Shown here: piece after piece, positions 12,601 through 25,079 of the stretch | Numbering within the stretch: the first letter of the stretch is position 1 | Layout: each line of letters opens with the position of its first letter | NCBI GenBank assembly: GCA_002269645.1 | Contig: NIVC01000758.1 | Span: forward strand, 372,001 to 436,000 | DNA: 64,000 nucleotides | Reading direction: 5' to 3' | DNA from: Macrostomum lignano | Taxonomy: Eukaryota | Notes under the pieces: model-generated | What the model was told of the DNA's origin: nothing | Seen by the model: only the letters and a program-made list of their open reading frames with translations | Databases searched by the model: none | Translations under genes and position numbers: made by a program

Positions 12601-14360
12601 GGCCGGTTCCGAGCGCCACGGGGGATGTTCGCCGAGGCGGCTTCCAGGATGGCCCTGCAGAGGCGATCGTGGTCGGCGTCGCAGGTGAACCGGTTGCTGA
12701 GTTTGAGACGCTTGTCGGCCACGGTCAGGTGTTCTTGGAACTGGGCCCAGTCGGCCTTCTTGTAGCTCCACTTTGCGGCGCCTCGTCGACGCTCGCTGGG
12801 GCCCGGACGGTCAATGCTGAACAGGATCGGGAAGTGGTCGCTGCCGATGTCGCCAAGGGTGGTCCAGCTGGCACTGGCGATGGCCGCGATGTTACCGGTG
12901 CACCAGGTAAGGTCCGGGGTGGAGCGTCCACCGGTGGCCGGGTTGGTGCGCGTGTGGTCTTCGGTGCTGTTGCAAAGGTGGAGGCCTTTTTGTAGTGCCC
13001 ACTCTTCTATGCTGGCGCCACGATCGTCTTCCAGTTGGTGGGTGTCCCACCCGCCGTGGCCGTTAAAGTCGCCGGCGATGACGGTGCTGCTAAGAGTGGG
13101 GAGGCTGTACCAGTCGGGAAACCAAGCTTCATCGGGCCTCTGGCAGCTGTTTGGTGGCGCGTAGACGCTGATGAGGGTGACGGGTCTACGTCCTGGCGGG
13201 CAGATGGTGATGGCGGCTGCATCGAGGGGCTCCGGGCAGTGGCAGGTGACTTGGTGAAACGGCAGGTCGTCGCGGACAAGGATCAAGCAGCCGCCTCGGC
13301 CGGTAGGGCGGGGAATGTTCTTTTTTTGGTTTTTTTTGATAACGCCTTCGCGTCCGGTGGCTGTCTCCTGATCAGTGGTGGTGCTGGGGGCCTGTTGTGT
13401 CGCGGGGCCCTGTTGTTGTGGTCTCTGGCAGCACGGGCCTCTGAAATTGGTTCTGTACTCCTTGGTGCTTTTAAGGGCAGCGCATTGAAGATAGAGCCAT
13501 GCGTGACAGGCACTGCATTGGACACAGGCACGGCTTCTTGGGATATTCCGGTTGCAGATTGGGCAGATCCAGCGGCCGGTGGCTGTCGGAGCGAGATGGT
13601 CTCTGGGCGGGGGATCGGCTCCGCCGGAGTTGTTGGACTCGGCCGGGCTGGTGTCCACCGATGCGGCGTGAGGGCGGGCGTCCAGGGGGGTGTCGCGGTT
13701 GCTGCATGCTATGCGTCTGCTGCGGCAGCCTGGGCACCAGGATGCGCGTTCCAGTGGCCAGCGAAGGCGGCAGCGGGGCCGTTGGACGGTGCGCGACGTT
13801 CCCCGCGCTTGGATGATTGGTGGGCGGGGCTGCGGGTCAGGGGCCGCGGTCAGCTCCGTGGTATCCGCGGCGATGTCCGTTTTGCAGACCCCGTCTTTTC
13901 GTGCCGCGACGCAGTATCCAGGGGGTGGGATGAAGTTGGCCCCTGGGAGGAGCTTCGTCTCCTGGAGGAGGGCAGCGCAGGGGCGCAGGCGGTTAAGGCA
14001 GTTGGCCAGCTCCGTGCGGCGAGCCTGCAACCCATTGCAGTTGAGTTGCAGGACGTGGAGCTCTTGGCCTCGCTTAGCGCTGCGCGTGTGCTGCCTTCTG
14101 CTGCGATGGCCGGGGGCTGACGATCCGCCCCGGAGGCGGCGGATGGAAAAAATGTCCGGTTGATCGGCACTGGGTTTTTCGGCCTGGTGGTAATCGGCGT
14201 AGCATCCCTGTTGGTTGCGACACTTCGTCGCCTCCGAGGGGTGGTGGTTGGAGGCGTTTGGGGGCCCCGCGTGAAGGGGGTCGCATGCCATGGGTTGGTG
14301 TTGGCCAACCCACTCCGCGCTGTCTGGCGACTCGTTCAGAGAGTAGCCGTTAGTGCGAAC
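9604..14360 (-). mobile_element. Near full-length non-LTR retrotransposon, Ingi/I-group-like (APE-RT-RNase H-CCHC), ~4.76 kb
   Basis: 14-bp TSD CCAAGGTGTCAGCT at 9590-9603 and 14361-14374; (AGA)n tail immediately after the stop codon; domain order as below. Confidence 0.93.
9613..14291 (-). pseudogene. LINE polyprotein (~1560 aa if one frameshift near 12350 is corrected)
   Basis: APE motifs LQLNCNG, LQETKL, AGDFNGH, SDHFPI; RT motifs GLPQGSVLAPLLW, LYADD, FLGI; RNase H motifs WTDGS, ELVAI, TDS, WVPAHCGIAGNEAAD; C-terminal CPDC...H...C; the ORFs 12339-14291 and 9613-12192 join through a 1-nt shift. Confidence 0.88.
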
Positions 14361-14422
14361 CCAAGGTGTCAGCTGCTGCGGCTCCTGCCATGGCTGCTGC
14401 CCTGATCATCCACAGACTAATC

Positions 14423-14897
14423 AGAGGGTCACAGCTTACTAACTGGGTATTCTGCCCTGAGGCAGGTTTCTCAGATTCTGAGTCTAGACTTCTCTACCCT
14501 GTGGTAGGATTTTTTTCTGCCTTCTAAAAGTGATCTCTTACATTCTAGATCTGGATATCTCATTCTTCTAAGAACAGTTTTAACTCTCCCAATCTTGGGG
14601 TTTCTAGTGCTTCTAAATAATTAAGTCAGCAAGTATTTATCAAGCTTCAATTCAAAATACTAGAATAGATTGTAAGCCCAAAGCTAAGCAAAGCAAGTTG
14701 TTTCTTCTCCTGCTAACAGCTTGTGTATTTATACTCCTTTTTGGCAAGTTTTAAAACAAATAAAATTTCATAATTTTTTTAATTTCACAATATTACTGAT
14801 ATTATACTTATTAAAACAAAATAGCCTAATTTCAAATGTGATAAATTCTAGGAAAGTGATGCTATTAGCATTGCTAAACAATAACTAGCCTATTTCA
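14423..14897 (+). repeat. Dispersed AT-rich repeat, copy B
   Basis: Similar to 7386-7860; followed by ~40 bp matching the reverse complement of ~6536-6575. Confidence 0.85.
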
Positions 14898-17800
14898 CAA
14901 TTAAATTTATTTAATGTTGATTTTTGTCTTCCTATTTATCTTACTTGCCAAGCAAGCAACTTTACCTATATCATATTGGCTATGACTTCCTCTAGGAAGC
15001 CAGAAGAGGCTTGGCTTATATTGGCATGAAATTTTGAGCAGTTGTTTTTTATTCTACCATCCCTGATCCCTATTGGAATGCTTTTCAAAAACTATAAAAA
15101 ACATGCAAAAACTAAGAGCTTTTAGTCTTTCAGACAAGCACAGCAGAGCTAGGGACAAGGTGGGCCTAAGCCTAGGCCTACCCAATAATTTTGTTGGAGA
15201 GGCACTAGCTTCTTAGGCCTAATATTTCAAATTGAAATTCAATGGCATCAAATTTATCTAAAATTAAAATTAAACGAAATTTAAATGTAAATGTCTTGGC
15301 CATAGCCTAGATTACATTGGTAGCTTTTCTAGCATCAGAATATTATAACACTTTAAGTTTAGAAATAAGTGCCATAAGCCCTTATGCTTACTTGGGCTAA
15401 TATATTTCCTTTGAAAGTAAATTGTAATTTTTTAATCTTATTTAAAATAGTTTGTAGGCCTAGTTTAGGCTTAAGTTAGTTTTCTAAAATCAAAATAATT
15501 TAGTGAATAAAACTTGACTATTGCCTATTTATTATATTATAGTAATTGGTCTTGGTAGTTTTTATTGTTATAGTGATTATAAAAAGAGCAAAATGGTTAT
15601 TTTTATAGTCAGTATACAAAACAAATCTATAAAATAAGTAGGCCTAGGCCTAATTAACTTGCAGTGCAAATCATAAGAGGCTACTAAATTAAAATAAGGA
15701 GACATGCTAATTGCTATTAATATATTAATTAATATTATGGTAACTTCCAGTATGGTTTTTGTTATCAACCTTAGCTAAGGCTATGTGACCTAATTGCTAA
15801 TTATCAATATAAATGAAATTTCTTTCTAGGATCATAAAAATAACCATTTCACTATTTATATTATATGGTTATCTTAAATTCTTAAATCTGTTTCTTTGTT
15901 TTATGCATTGATTATAAGAATAATCTTGCTATATTTATAGTTACTATAATATAATATGGTTACTATATTAGACTTAATTCCTTTAGTTTAGGCCTAGCTT
16001 TATTCTCTATGTAGCCACACTCTTAAATCTGTTATAATATACCAGAAAAAATGACCCCCTATACCATAATGCATAAATTCAATTTACACTAACAAAACAA
16101 ATTTACTTGTGATCTATAGCTGGACATTATCAAAAAAGCATTTGCAACAATAAAGAATAAAGGACCTTGCATTGTGACAATATAGGACCCTTTCTTGCAT
16201 TCTGACATTTTGGTCTTTTGTATGCCAATAGCTACGCCATAGGCTAGCTCTGCAGTGCATTTTTAGTAGATTATTCTGTATGCTAAATATTTAAGGCCAA
16301 TTGTTTTTTAAGTCCATTGTATACTAGGATTTTTTGGCATATATATAAGATTTGGGATTGGGGCTATGCAGGCTTCTCTAAGCCTAAAATATTATATCAA
16401 TGTTCCTTTTGTGTTGTAGCCTCCCCTTAACCTCAATATTTTGCTTTTACTAGGGCCTGCTTTCTTTGAAAAAGCCCTTAGATGTATACTAGATGCCTAG
16501 GCCTATAAATTTTAGGTAGGGCCTATATTATGATATATCAGTTTTTTATAGTGTTAGACAATAGACATATAGGCCTACAATGTTTAGGTATTCACTTTGC
16601 ATTATTTTTAAATTTTAGTATTCTTATACTATGCCTATACTTAATTTTTTGTGTTAATTGCAATATTTAGATTTTTCATACTAGCATAACATGCCTTATT
16701 TTCTATGCCATGCCAAAGCTAAAATTTAACAGAACTATGCCAAGCAGTTCTATAAAAAGGGCTACTTAATCCAATACAATATTTAATAGGATTCTACCTT
16801 ATGTTTTATACATTTTTTGCTAGTATTAAGATATGAAATTATATTTAAGGTCCAACTTCAAGATGCAATTTTGTAGTATCTTTATCACAAAAAACCTAAA
16901 AAAAACTTGGCCTTGCCCTAGGTTTTACTAAAATTAAGATATAAAATTTCATCTAAGACTTAAGGTCTAAATTCAGTTCTAGGATACAGTTTAGAAAATG
17001 CAATCTTTCTACTAGAATAGAATAGACTTTACTTTATTGAACCTAGCTATTTGTTTGTAAATATATTGTTTACATATACTCATTGTCTTGTCAGTCTTAT
17101 AAAGCTCTTTGTTAGATTAAAAATGTCAGAGGTTTCATTGGCTACATCTGTTTGTTATATATGTATATGTGTATGTTGAAGCCACAGGAAAATTTTATGC
17201 AAAAGCAAGAGAGTGAGAAACATTAAGTTGCGTGCAATATGCACCCAAAAACCAACAGGAATCCCTATAAAATAGGTAATGTGTGTGACTTAATTTTGGC
17301 ATCCTGAATGTAGAACCTGAATTCCACATTAATGCCCCCTCTATTTCAAACTTAGTGCCATTTAACTTAACTTCCACATGCTTGTAATTCATATTTCATT
17401 TCGGCAACCCAAAGCTGTTAACTCAAAAATATGAAATAAGAAAAAGTGGAAAAGAGTTGCCCTGTTAGCCCAAATATCAAATTTCGCAACACAGAACTGC
17501 AACAAGAAACTTTCATCATTTAATTTGAATTAAATGCTGTGATGAAGAGAAATAGACAGTGAAAGCTACCAAGAGATGAGAATAAGAGAAGTTATTTAGG
17601 ATGAGTCAGTTGAGAACTAGGTTAAACAGTTGCAAGTTCTCACTGAACGCTAATTGACTATTGTGCGCGCGCATGCACTGCTGCTATCAGCTGATAGAAC
17701 AGAAACTTCACAAGAAGGTCACCGCCTGTCCGCCCCGAGCCGTGCGCTCACTATCAGTAGCTGGCGATAACGGGGGGGGGGTCGGTGAAACAATATTCGA

Positions 17801-17921
17801 GCCCGTTAAAGAGCGCACTTTATTGATCTGAATTTTCCTGTCGCTGCAAACCAACTGGCGGTGTGAGAGACAGGCAGGGATAAGAAAAAACTTCTGTTGA
17901 AGACCCCCCCCCAGCTCGGCC

Positions 17922-20900
17922 ATGGCACCCAGCGCATCGAAGCTCGTTCTCAGCGGCGTCACTTTCGTTCGGGCGCATCAGCGCGGCGTTGCGGTGACCG
18001 CCGGGGCCTTGCTCATGTCGCTGCACCTGCGCAAGCTGCTCCGCATGCTGACTGGCAGGCGGCAGAAACGCGACAGAGGCGGCGGCGGCGGCGGCGGCAA
18101 AGACGGCGCAGACGGCAGTCAGGCTGACGAATCGTCGAAAGCCACAGTCGACTTGGCCTTCATTCGTTCCCTGATTCGCCTGGTGCGAATCTGCGTGCCC
18201 TCCCTGCTGAGCCGGGAGTTCGGCATCCTGCTGCTGCACACGACCTCCCTTGTCACCAGGACTTTCCTGTCTGTCTATGTGGCCAAGCTGGACGGCCGGA
18301 TTGTGAAAGCCATCGTGCAGCGGAATGTACTGCGGTTCGTGCTGCAGATCGCCAAGTGGCTGCTGCTGGCCCTGCCCGCCACCTTTGTCAATTCTTTGAT
18401 CCGCTTTCTGGAGAGCCAGCTGGCGTTGGCGCTCAGAACTCGGCTGGTGATGCACTGCTACCAGGAGTACTTCAAGGATCAGACCTACTATAAGGTGAGG
18501 CCGCGAGACTGCGAATTCAGCGGCTGCAAGCCGTCTTATGGGGGTTCAAGTACCCGTTAGATAGGGCCAGGCATTCCATTAGTCAGTGGGAGACCTCATT
18601 AGACAGTTAGAGACACCCCATTAGACAGTTGGAGACACACCATTAGACAGTTGGAGACACCCCATTAGACAGTTGGAGACACACCATTAGACAGTTGGAG
18701 ACACACCATTAGACAGTTGGAGACACCCCATTAGACAGTTGGAGTCTGGAGACACTATTAGACAGTTGGAGACACACCATTAGACAGTTGGAGACACACC
18801 ATTAGACAGTTGGAGACACACCATTAGACAGTTGGAGACACACCATTAGACAGTTGGAGACACACCATTAGACAGTTGGAGACACCCCATTAGACAGTTG
18901 GAGTCTGGAGACACTATTAGACAGTTGGAGACACACCATTAGACAGTTGGAGACACACCATTAGACAGTTGGAGACACCCCATTAGACAGTTTGAGACAC
19001 CCCATTAGACAGTTGGAGACACACCATTAGACAGTTGGAGACACCCCATTAGACAGTTGGAGTCTGGAGACACTATTAGACAGTTGGAGACACACCATTA
19101 GACAGTTGGAGACACACCATTAGACAGTTGGAGACACACCATTAGACAGTTGGAGACACCCCATTAGACAGTTGGAGACACCCCATTAGACAGTTGGAGA
19201 CACCCCATTAGACAGTTGGAGACACCCCATTAGACAGTTGGAGACACACCATTAGACAGTTGGAGTCTGGAGACACTATTAGACAGTTGGAGACACACCA
19301 TTAGACAGTTGGAGACACACCATTAGACAGTTGGAGACACACCATTAGACAGTTGGAAACACACCATTAGACAGTTGGAGACACCCCATTAGACAGTTGG
19401 AGACACACCATTAGACAGTTGGAATCTGGAGACACTATTAGACAGTTGGAGACACACCATTAGACAGTTGAAGACACACCATTAGACAGTTGGAGACACC
19501 CCATTAGACAGTTGGAGACACCCCATTAGACAGTTGGAGACACCCCATTAGACAGTTGGAGACACACCATTAGACAGTTGGAGACACCCCATTAGACAGT
19601 TGAAGTCTGGAGACACTATTAGACAGTTGGAGACACACCATTAGACAGTTGGAGACACACCATTAGACAGTTGGAGACACACCATTAGACAGTTGGAGAC
19701 ACCCCATTAGACAGTTGGAGACACACCATTAGACAGTTGGAGACACCCCATTAGACAGTTGGAGTCTGGAGACACTATTAGACAGTTGGAGACACACCAT
19801 TAGACAGTTGGAGACACACCATTAGACAGTTGGAGACACACCATTAGACAGTTGGAGACACCCCATTAGACAGTTGGAGACACCCCATTAGACAGTTGGA
19901 GACACCCCATTAGACAGTTGGAGACACCCCATTAGACAGTTGGAGACACACCATTAGACAGTTGGAGACACCCCATTAGACAGTTGGAGACACACCATTA
20001 GACAGTTGGAGACACCCCATTAGACAGTTGAAGTCTGGAGACACTATTAGACAGTTGGAGACACCCCATTAGACAGTTGAAGTCTGGAGACACTATTAGA
20101 CAGTTGGAGACACCCCATTAGACAGTTGGAGACACACCATTAGACAGTTGGAGACACACCATTAGACAGTTGGAGACACCCCATTAGACAGTTGGAGACA
20201 CACCATTAGACAGTTGGGAGACACCATTAGACAGTTTGAGACACTATTAGACAGTTGGAGACACCCTAATAGACAGTGGAAGACACCCATTAGAAAGTGG
20301 GGGACACTGCCATTAGACAGTGGGAGACACCCCTCTTAAACAGCCACGGGGCAGCCAAACCCCCATCAGTGAGGTGGCAGGGCCCCATGCCAGCCCCAAG
20401 TTCCCCAGTAAACTGAAAGCCAGCATCGCCAACCCCATCCCCGCACAGGTGGGCAACCTGGACAGCCGGCTGCAGAACGCTGACCAGTGCCTGACTGAGG
20501 ACATCTCGCAGTTCACGGGCAGCCTGGCGCACCTGTACTCACACCTGACCAAGCCCATCCTGGACGTGGCCATCATGTCCTACACTCTGTACAGCCTGGC
20601 CCGCAGCCGTGGCGCCTCCAGCAAGTTTCCCAGCGTGTTCGCCACGGCCGTCATTCTGTTCACTGGCGAGGTTCTGCGCACCGTGTCGCCCAAGTTCGGC
20701 CGTCTGGTTGCCGAGGAGGCCAGGCGGAAGGGCCGCCTCCGCTTCATTCACAGCCGGGTGATCGCCTGCGCAGAGGAGATCGCCTTCTACGGAGGCCACA
20801 AGCTGGAGCGTCGGGTGCTCGAGGACTCCTACGAGTCCTTGGCCCGACAGTCCAGTCGGATCTTCCGCCAGCGCCTCTGGTACGTCATGCTGGAGCAGTT

Positions 20901-23166
20901 CCTCATGAAGTACGTGTGGAGCGCAGCCGGCATGACCATGGTGGCCGTGCCCATCCTCACCGCCACGGGGCAGCGGCCCGATGGCAGCCTGGTGGATGAG
21001 GACCAGGACGGCGGAGTGTCCGAGCGGACTCAGGTGGGAATTGGGAATGAGCTTTAGACCGGTATACCGATTCATTACCCTCTGTTAACTCCGATAGGTC
21101 CATTCCCTTCACCTAATCTGATTTCCTGCATCTAATCTGATTCCCTGCATCTCTAATCTAATTCCCCGCATGTCTAATCTTATTCCCTGCATCTCTAATC
21201 TAATTCCCTGCTTCTCTAACCTGAATCCCTGCATCTCTAACCTGAATCCCTGCATCTCTAACCTGAATCCCTGCATCTCTAATCTGAATCCCTGCATCTC
21301 TAACCTGAATCCCTTTATCTCTAATCTGAATCCCTGCATCTCTAATCTGAATCCCTGCATCTCTAATCTGAATCCCTGCATCTCTAACCTGAATCTTTTT
21401 ATCTCTAACCTGAATCCCTGCATCTCTAATCTGAATCCCTGCACCCTACGGTGCATTCAAATCCTCACTCTGGTCCCAATTCGATTCCCCGAATCGCCGG
21501 CCCCACAGGCCTTCACCACGGCCCGCAATCTGCTTGTCAGCGCCGCCGACGCCATCGAGCGCATCATGACGTCATACAAGGAGATCACGGAGCTCTCGGG
21601 CTACACCAGCCGCGTCTCCTCAATGCTGAATGTGTTCAGCGATGTGCAGAACGGCAAGTTCGTCCGGCCCGGCATGCGGCACACCCGAGGCCAGGTCACC
21701 GAGAGCGCCGACTGCATCGAGCTGTGCGACGTGCCCATCGTTACGCCGAGCGGCGACGTTGTGGCGGAGTCGCTCAGCCTTCGGCTGGACCGGGGCACCC
21801 ATCTGCTGATCACTGGTGAGCCAATCAGATCTGAGGAATGAGCAGTACGTTAGTTCAAGGAGCGGGTCAGTCCAGTGTAATTCAAAGTCAATAATCATCA
21901 TCATTCACTCCACCTCATCGCTTGCAAGCTGCACATTGAAGCTCTTCGTTTAAAATCGTTTTTTGTGCACCCATCGGAAACCTTCACCAACTGTATTGTG
22001 GTCTCGAATCGCAGAACTTTTTAGCCAATGCTCGCTTAGTTTTTCCTATGGAGGGAACACTGATCAACAGGGGAACGTAATTTTTAGACAACACCTGGCT
22101 TGAGAGAATCAATCTTAAGCTGTAAGCTTTGAGGTGTAGTGTAAGCTTTAGTTTTAACCTTAGCTTGAGGTTTGACTTAAGCTTTGGAATATGTACTTTA
22201 AGCTTCGGGAAATGTACTTTAAGCTTCGGGAAATGTACTTTAAGCTTCGAGATATGTACTTTAAGCTTCGTGATGTGTACTTTATGCTTCTGGATTTTCT
22301 TTAAGCTTCGGGTATGAAGAAGGTTCTGGATGTACTGATGTGGACTTTAAGATTTGGTGTGGACTTTAAGCTTTGGACTGTATTTCGACTTGTTTTTTTA
22401 TACTATTGATTTAAAGGTTTTTGGTACTCGTTAATGGTTTCTTTGCTTTATGTTAAAATGCATATTTTTGTTAATGTACTTTTTTATTGTGCTTTTATAC
22501 TTTTTGTTTGTTTACTTCTATTTAATGTATAAGTACAATACTGTCGAACCCGCAGGCCCCAACGGCTGCGGCAAGTCCTCTCTCTTCCGCATTCTGTCCG
22601 GCCTCTGGCCAGTCTACGGCGGGCGCCTGGTGAAGCCGCCGGTGCAAACTCTCTATTATATTCCGCAGCGGCCCTATCTCAGCATTGGCGACCTGCGCGA
22701 ACAGGTGACGTACCCGGACACAGCCGAGCAGCGCCGAGCCAAAGGCGTCACAGACGGCCAACTGCGCGCGGTGCTGGAGGCCGCGCACCTCGGCTACCTG
22801 CTCGAGCGGGAGGGCGGCTGGACGGCCGTGCGAGAGTGGGCCGACGTGCTCAGCGGCGGCGAGAAGCAGCGGCTCGGCATGGCGCGCCTGCTGTACCACC
22901 GGCCGCTCTTTGCCCTGCTGGACGAGTGCACCTCCGCCGTCAGCATCGACGTCGAGGCGAAGATCTACCAGGCCGCCAAGGACGCCGGCATCACCCTGCT
23001 GACCATCACGCACCGGCCCTCTCTGTGGCCGTTTCACGACCGCGTGCTCAAGTTCGACGGAGCCGGCGCCTGGTCTCTGGAGGAGATGCCCGCCGCTGCT
23101 GCCACCGCCGCCGCCGCTGCCGCGTCCACCGCCTCGGCAGTTGAGGCGGCGACGAGCGAAGCATAA
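17922..23166 (+). CDS. ABCD: Peroxisomal ABC half-transporter, ABCD1/ABCD2 (ALDP)-like; exons 17922-18494, 20449-21033, 21509-21815, 22556-23166; ~691 aa
   Basis: QTYYK|[19 protein letters not shown]; EEIAFYGGH; ERTQ|[25 protein letters not shown]; Walker A G|[11 protein letters not shown]; LSGGEKQR; [13 protein letters not shown]; all introns GT-AG with compatible phases. Confidence 0.93.
18597..20340 (+). repeat. Intronic minisatellite, 22 bp unit ATTAGACAGTTGGAGACAC[A/C]CC with a 27 bp variant (ABCD intron 1)
   Basis: Unit read directly; ~75 copies. Confidence 0.95.
21110..21445 (+). repeat. Intronic minisatellite, 21 bp CTGAATCCCTGCATCTCTAA[C/T] (ABCD intron 2)
   Basis: Unit read directly. 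Confidence 0.93.
22190..22315 (+). repeat. Short tandem repeat, ~21 bp ATGTACTTTAAGCTTCG-containing unit (ABCD intron 3)
   Basis: 4-5 degenerate copies. Confidence 0.75.
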
Positions 23167-23194
23167 GGAACTGGGAGACTTGCGGATCGGATCT

Positions 23195-23550
23195 TTGTGA
23201 TGTGGGATTTCATGGATCTGAGGTCTTTGTGATGTGGGATTTCATGGATCTGAGGTCTTTGTGATGTGGGATTTCATGGATCTGAGGTCTTTGTGATGTG
23301 GAATTTCATGGATCTGAGGTCTTGAGATGTGAGATTTCACGGATCTGAGGTTTTGATATGTGGGATTTCATGGATCTGAGGTCTTGATATGTGGGATTTC
23401 ATGGATCTGAGGTCTTGATATGTGGGATTTCATGGATCTGAGGTCTTGATATGTGGGATTTCATGGATCTGAGGTCTTGATATGTGGGATTTCATGGATC
23501 TGAGGTCTTGATATGTAGGATTTCATGGATCTGAGGTCTTGATATGTGGG
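23195..23550 (+). repeat. Minisatellite, 31-33 bp GATATGTGGGATTTCATGGATCTGAGGTCTT, just 3' of the ABCD stop codon
   Basis: Unit read directly; ~11 copies. Confidence 0.93.
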
Positions 23551-24304
23551 AAGATTCGGATTTTCGGGTGCTGTATGTCTCATTTCCATATCTATTTTTA
23601 TAGTTATGAGTAGCTCATGCAGTTAATATTGACTTTGGTTAGCCATTGGATGTCCTGCTTATTTCATACTCTGTTCGATTTACTTCATCTTCTCCACTTC
23701 AAAAAAATGCAAATTCTCTTTATTCAATTCCGCCTGTTGTGTTTTGGCATTGCGGCCCTGACTGACAGTTTGCTGTCCCTCTGCTGCCTACTCGTAGTAG
23801 TATTAGAAATCTGCAGTCCCAGTCTAAAGCCGAGCTTGCTTTCACAATCTGCTGTAAAGCAGAGAAGTGGTTTTCAAATTTAATTCGGTAGTTTTTGTGT
23901 TCTTTCTAGCCGTGCCGATGAAATCAATCGGTTTATTAATTATCAAGTATTTTCCCTGGGCGTCCTTTGCTACTCAATATCTTAACAGAAGCAAGTAGTG
24001 CGAATTAGCGAATCAATTTTTCTGAAACTTTCCGTTCTCTCTTTGAAATATGTGCATGTATACAATAAGCTACGCAAAATGATGTGCAATGCGTATTGTG
24101 TTGTGTGCGGATTTTATTTGAGTAAAAATATTTCAGCTATGGTATTAGATTTCCTATTAGCATTCTTATTTGCGATCGTTGCTTTAAAATAAAAGCTATC
24201 AAGCTTTACTTACTGTAATGAGAGTCATTTATTAAACACAATGTTTAAAGTACAGGCTTGGATTTATTTCTGCTCTGGGCTTTGTGAGTCTTATCAATCA
24301 GGAT

Positions 24305-24660
24305 TCTATTTTTAGCCCAGCGTACATCATCTAGACAGCCTTATCGGGTTTCTATTTTTAGCCCAGCGTACATTAACTAGACAGTCTTATCGGGTTTCTA
24401 TTTTTAGCCAAGCGTACATCAACTAGACAGCCTTATCGGGTTTCTATTTTTAGCCAAGCGTACATCAACTAGACAGCCTTATCGGGTTTCTATTTTTAGC
24501 CAAGCGTACATCAACTAGACAGCCTTATCGGGTTTCTATTTTTAGCCCAGCGTACATTAACTAGACAGTCTTATCGGGTTTCTATTTTTAGCCAAGCGTA
24601 CATTAACTAGACAGCCTTATCGGGTTTCTATTTTTAGCCAAGCGTACATTAACTAGACAA
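24305..24660 (+). repeat. Minisatellite, 46 bp TTTCTATTTTTAGCCAAGCGTACATCAACTAGACAGCCTTATCGGG
   Basis: ~8 copies read directly. Confidence 0.92.
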
Positions 24661-25079
24661 CTGTCTTATGATTTCTATTTTTATCTCAACGCCTTGAAGT
24701 GTGTTCAATAGAGGATGCCAGAATTTTTAGTATATAGGAGGGTCTTACCGGATCAGATTTTTCGCTTGGCGTCTTCGCTCGCTTGTATATATCAGTTATA
24801 GATGTTGATAGTTTGATTTTTAGTATATTTTATTACATTGAAATGAGAACAGCAAATACAGTTAGGTTTTATTTGGCAAAGGACGATCAGGATAAGAGAA
24901 TTAAAACTAAGCTGTTTACTAAGGCAAAAGAGTTTCTAACAGCATGCTGTTATTGCATCCGGCATATTTAGCTTGGATTGATTCTTAACTAAACGAGGTG
25001 CAATCTGTTGTATAAATTGAACTGCAAAAGGTAACTTGAGTATTGTGCTCGTTTTGTTCGTCTGCTCGGACACTCCATA

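Noticed and set aside
13850-14313. 2A-like peptide at the LINE N-terminus
   Set aside because: No DxExNPGP in any minus-strand frame shown
14280-14360. HDV-like ribozyme at the LINE 5' end (known for trypanosome ingi/L1Tc)
   Set aside because: Only short stems found by eye (GTTCG/TGAAC; GGGTTGG/CCAACCC); I could not fit P2, P3 and J4/2. An RNArobo or Infernal search would decide
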